55,492 nt of DNA. It comes from Planctomycetota bacterium. Lineage in GTDB: Bacteria; Planctomycetota; UBA1135; UBA2386. The DNA lies in assembly GCA_947501605.1 (NCBI GenBank), contig CANMWZ010000027.1, positions 1 through 55,492 of the forward strand, in the 5' to 3' direction. The position numbers and the translations under genes were made by a program. Below the pieces are notes generated by a model. The model was given only the letters and a program-made list of their open reading frames with translations. It was not told where the DNA came from and made no database searches. This document shows, piece by piece, positions 54,605 through 55,492 of the stretch; position 1 is the first letter of the stretch; each line of letters opens with the position of its first letter.

Positions 54605-55450
54605 ATGGACGGTGCGACGCCCGAACAGTTCACAAGGATCAAGCTCGATGTCGGTGCCGTCCGAGCTGATCCGGTCGCGCGTCTGCGGGTCTATAAGTGG
54701 ATCAGGCGCATGGCGGAGTGGGATGTGCTGCAGCATGTAGCTCCAGCTGTGATGGTCGAGGCCGGCAAGGCTTCGCGTGGGGAACTCCCTGCAGACTACT
54801 TGTTCCGTTTCCCGCTCCAGTGCAGGGAGCTGCTCACCTCCACGGGGTGGCTGCTGCGAATGGTGGTAGGCGGCAAGCCGGAGATCCCTGAGCCTGGAGA
54901 GGTGCCGTCGTCTGTCGAGCGATCCATCCTGGATGAGTTGGAGCGATGGCTTGAAGCGCTGCGCTCGGTGGAGCAGGGGAACCACTCGGATCTCCTGCAG
55001 ATGTTCGCGGGGCTGTCCGGCGGTCCCGTCCCGGTCGGCACGCAGAAGGTGCCGAGTGGTTGCGAGGCATTGTGGTTTGTTTGCTGCAGCCTCTACAACG
55101 GCATGGCCGGCAACCATGAGCAGCCGTTCGAATGGCTCGGTTGGACGTCGAAGGAGAAGAAGCCGAAGCGGCCGCAGCGCGGGCGTGCGCGGCCAAGCGG
55201 GCCGAGTGGTCTTGAGCGAGACGATGTGGGGATCCTGGCAGCGGTGCGGGACGGCACTGTCGGGACCAAGGCGATGTCCGCATTCATCGAAGCAAGCTGC
55301 AAGGTCAAGGCAAGCGAGGGGCATGTGCGCAAGCGCAAGGCTGATCTCGTGAAGTGGGGACTGCTCGAGGACATCCCCCGTGCCTACAAGCTGACGGAGG
55401 AAGGAGAGCGATGGATCGACGAGCTTCGACCGGCGACCAAGCCGAAGTAG
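54605..55450 (+). CDS. Hypothetical protein with possible C-terminal winged helix
   Basis: SEGHVRKRKADLVKWGLLE...YKLTEEG resembles a wHTH recognition helix and wing. Confidence 0.55.
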   Translation: MDGATPEQFTRIKLDVGAVRADPVARLRVYKWIRRMAEWDVLQHVAPAVMVEAGKASRGELPADYLFRFPLQCRELLTSTGWLLRMVVGGKPEIPEPGEVPSSVERSILDELERWLEALRSVEQGNHSDLLQMFAGLSGGPVPVGTQKVPSGCEALWFVCCSLYNGMAGNHEQPFEWLGWTSKEKKPKRPQRGRARPSGPSGLERDDVGILAAVRDGTVGTKAMSAFIEASCKVKASEGHVRKRKADLVKWGLLEDIPRAYKLTEEGERWIDELRPATKPK

Positions 55451-55492
55451 CCCGCAGACCCTCCGCCGCACCCACACGTTGACCTTTCCCCC

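Larger units (their letters stand above)
52679..55492. mobile_element. Left end of an integrative element/prophage inserted at tRNA-Pro
   Basis: Integrase directly 3' of the tRNA, followed by uncharacterised genes; right end not in window. Confidence 0.7.

Noticed and set aside
1..55492. CRISPR array, cas genes or rRNA
   Set aside because: No regularly spaced 25-45 bp repeats, cas motifs or rRNA signatures seen by eye

Overview
High-GC bacterial chromosome segment, most likely Planctomycetota. This is inferred from a BBP2-type porin, several ECF sigma/anti-sigma pairs, a bat/VWA operon and a planctomycete-style tyrosine integrase. Most of the supplied six-frame ORFs are GC shadow frames; about 50 loci look real. 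Gene order: 3' end of proS; ECF sigma/anti-sigma; a 1191-aa protein with an S1-S4 voltage-sensor domain but no pore; a minor-pilin cassette (PilV/W/X-like plus a HEAT protein) whose first gene has one in-frame TAG; EamA; a Trx-like/TPR protein; DUF4139; a porin; ECF/anti-sigma/secretin-like operon; DUF58-batA-batB-(YjbR)-batC-batD-batE without moxR; a decaying Cys-rich ORF and a SigZ-like pseudogene; GT87, lipoprotein and TetR; BtpA and GT4; an IS1-like element with terminal inverted repeats; an OM beta-barrel; lpxA coupled to two M16 proteins lacking HxxEH; a divergent PTS enzyme I; two tandem MauG-like diheme peroxidases; an HhH glycosylase; dus; galT with a plant-arabinokinase-like GHMP kinase; tRNA-Pro(GGG) and the left end of an integrative element. 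The best leads for an undescribed system are the pore-less voltage-sensor protein and the lpxA/pseudo-M16/divergent-EI locus. All product calls come from recognising motifs by eye, with no database searches; start codons are best estimates.
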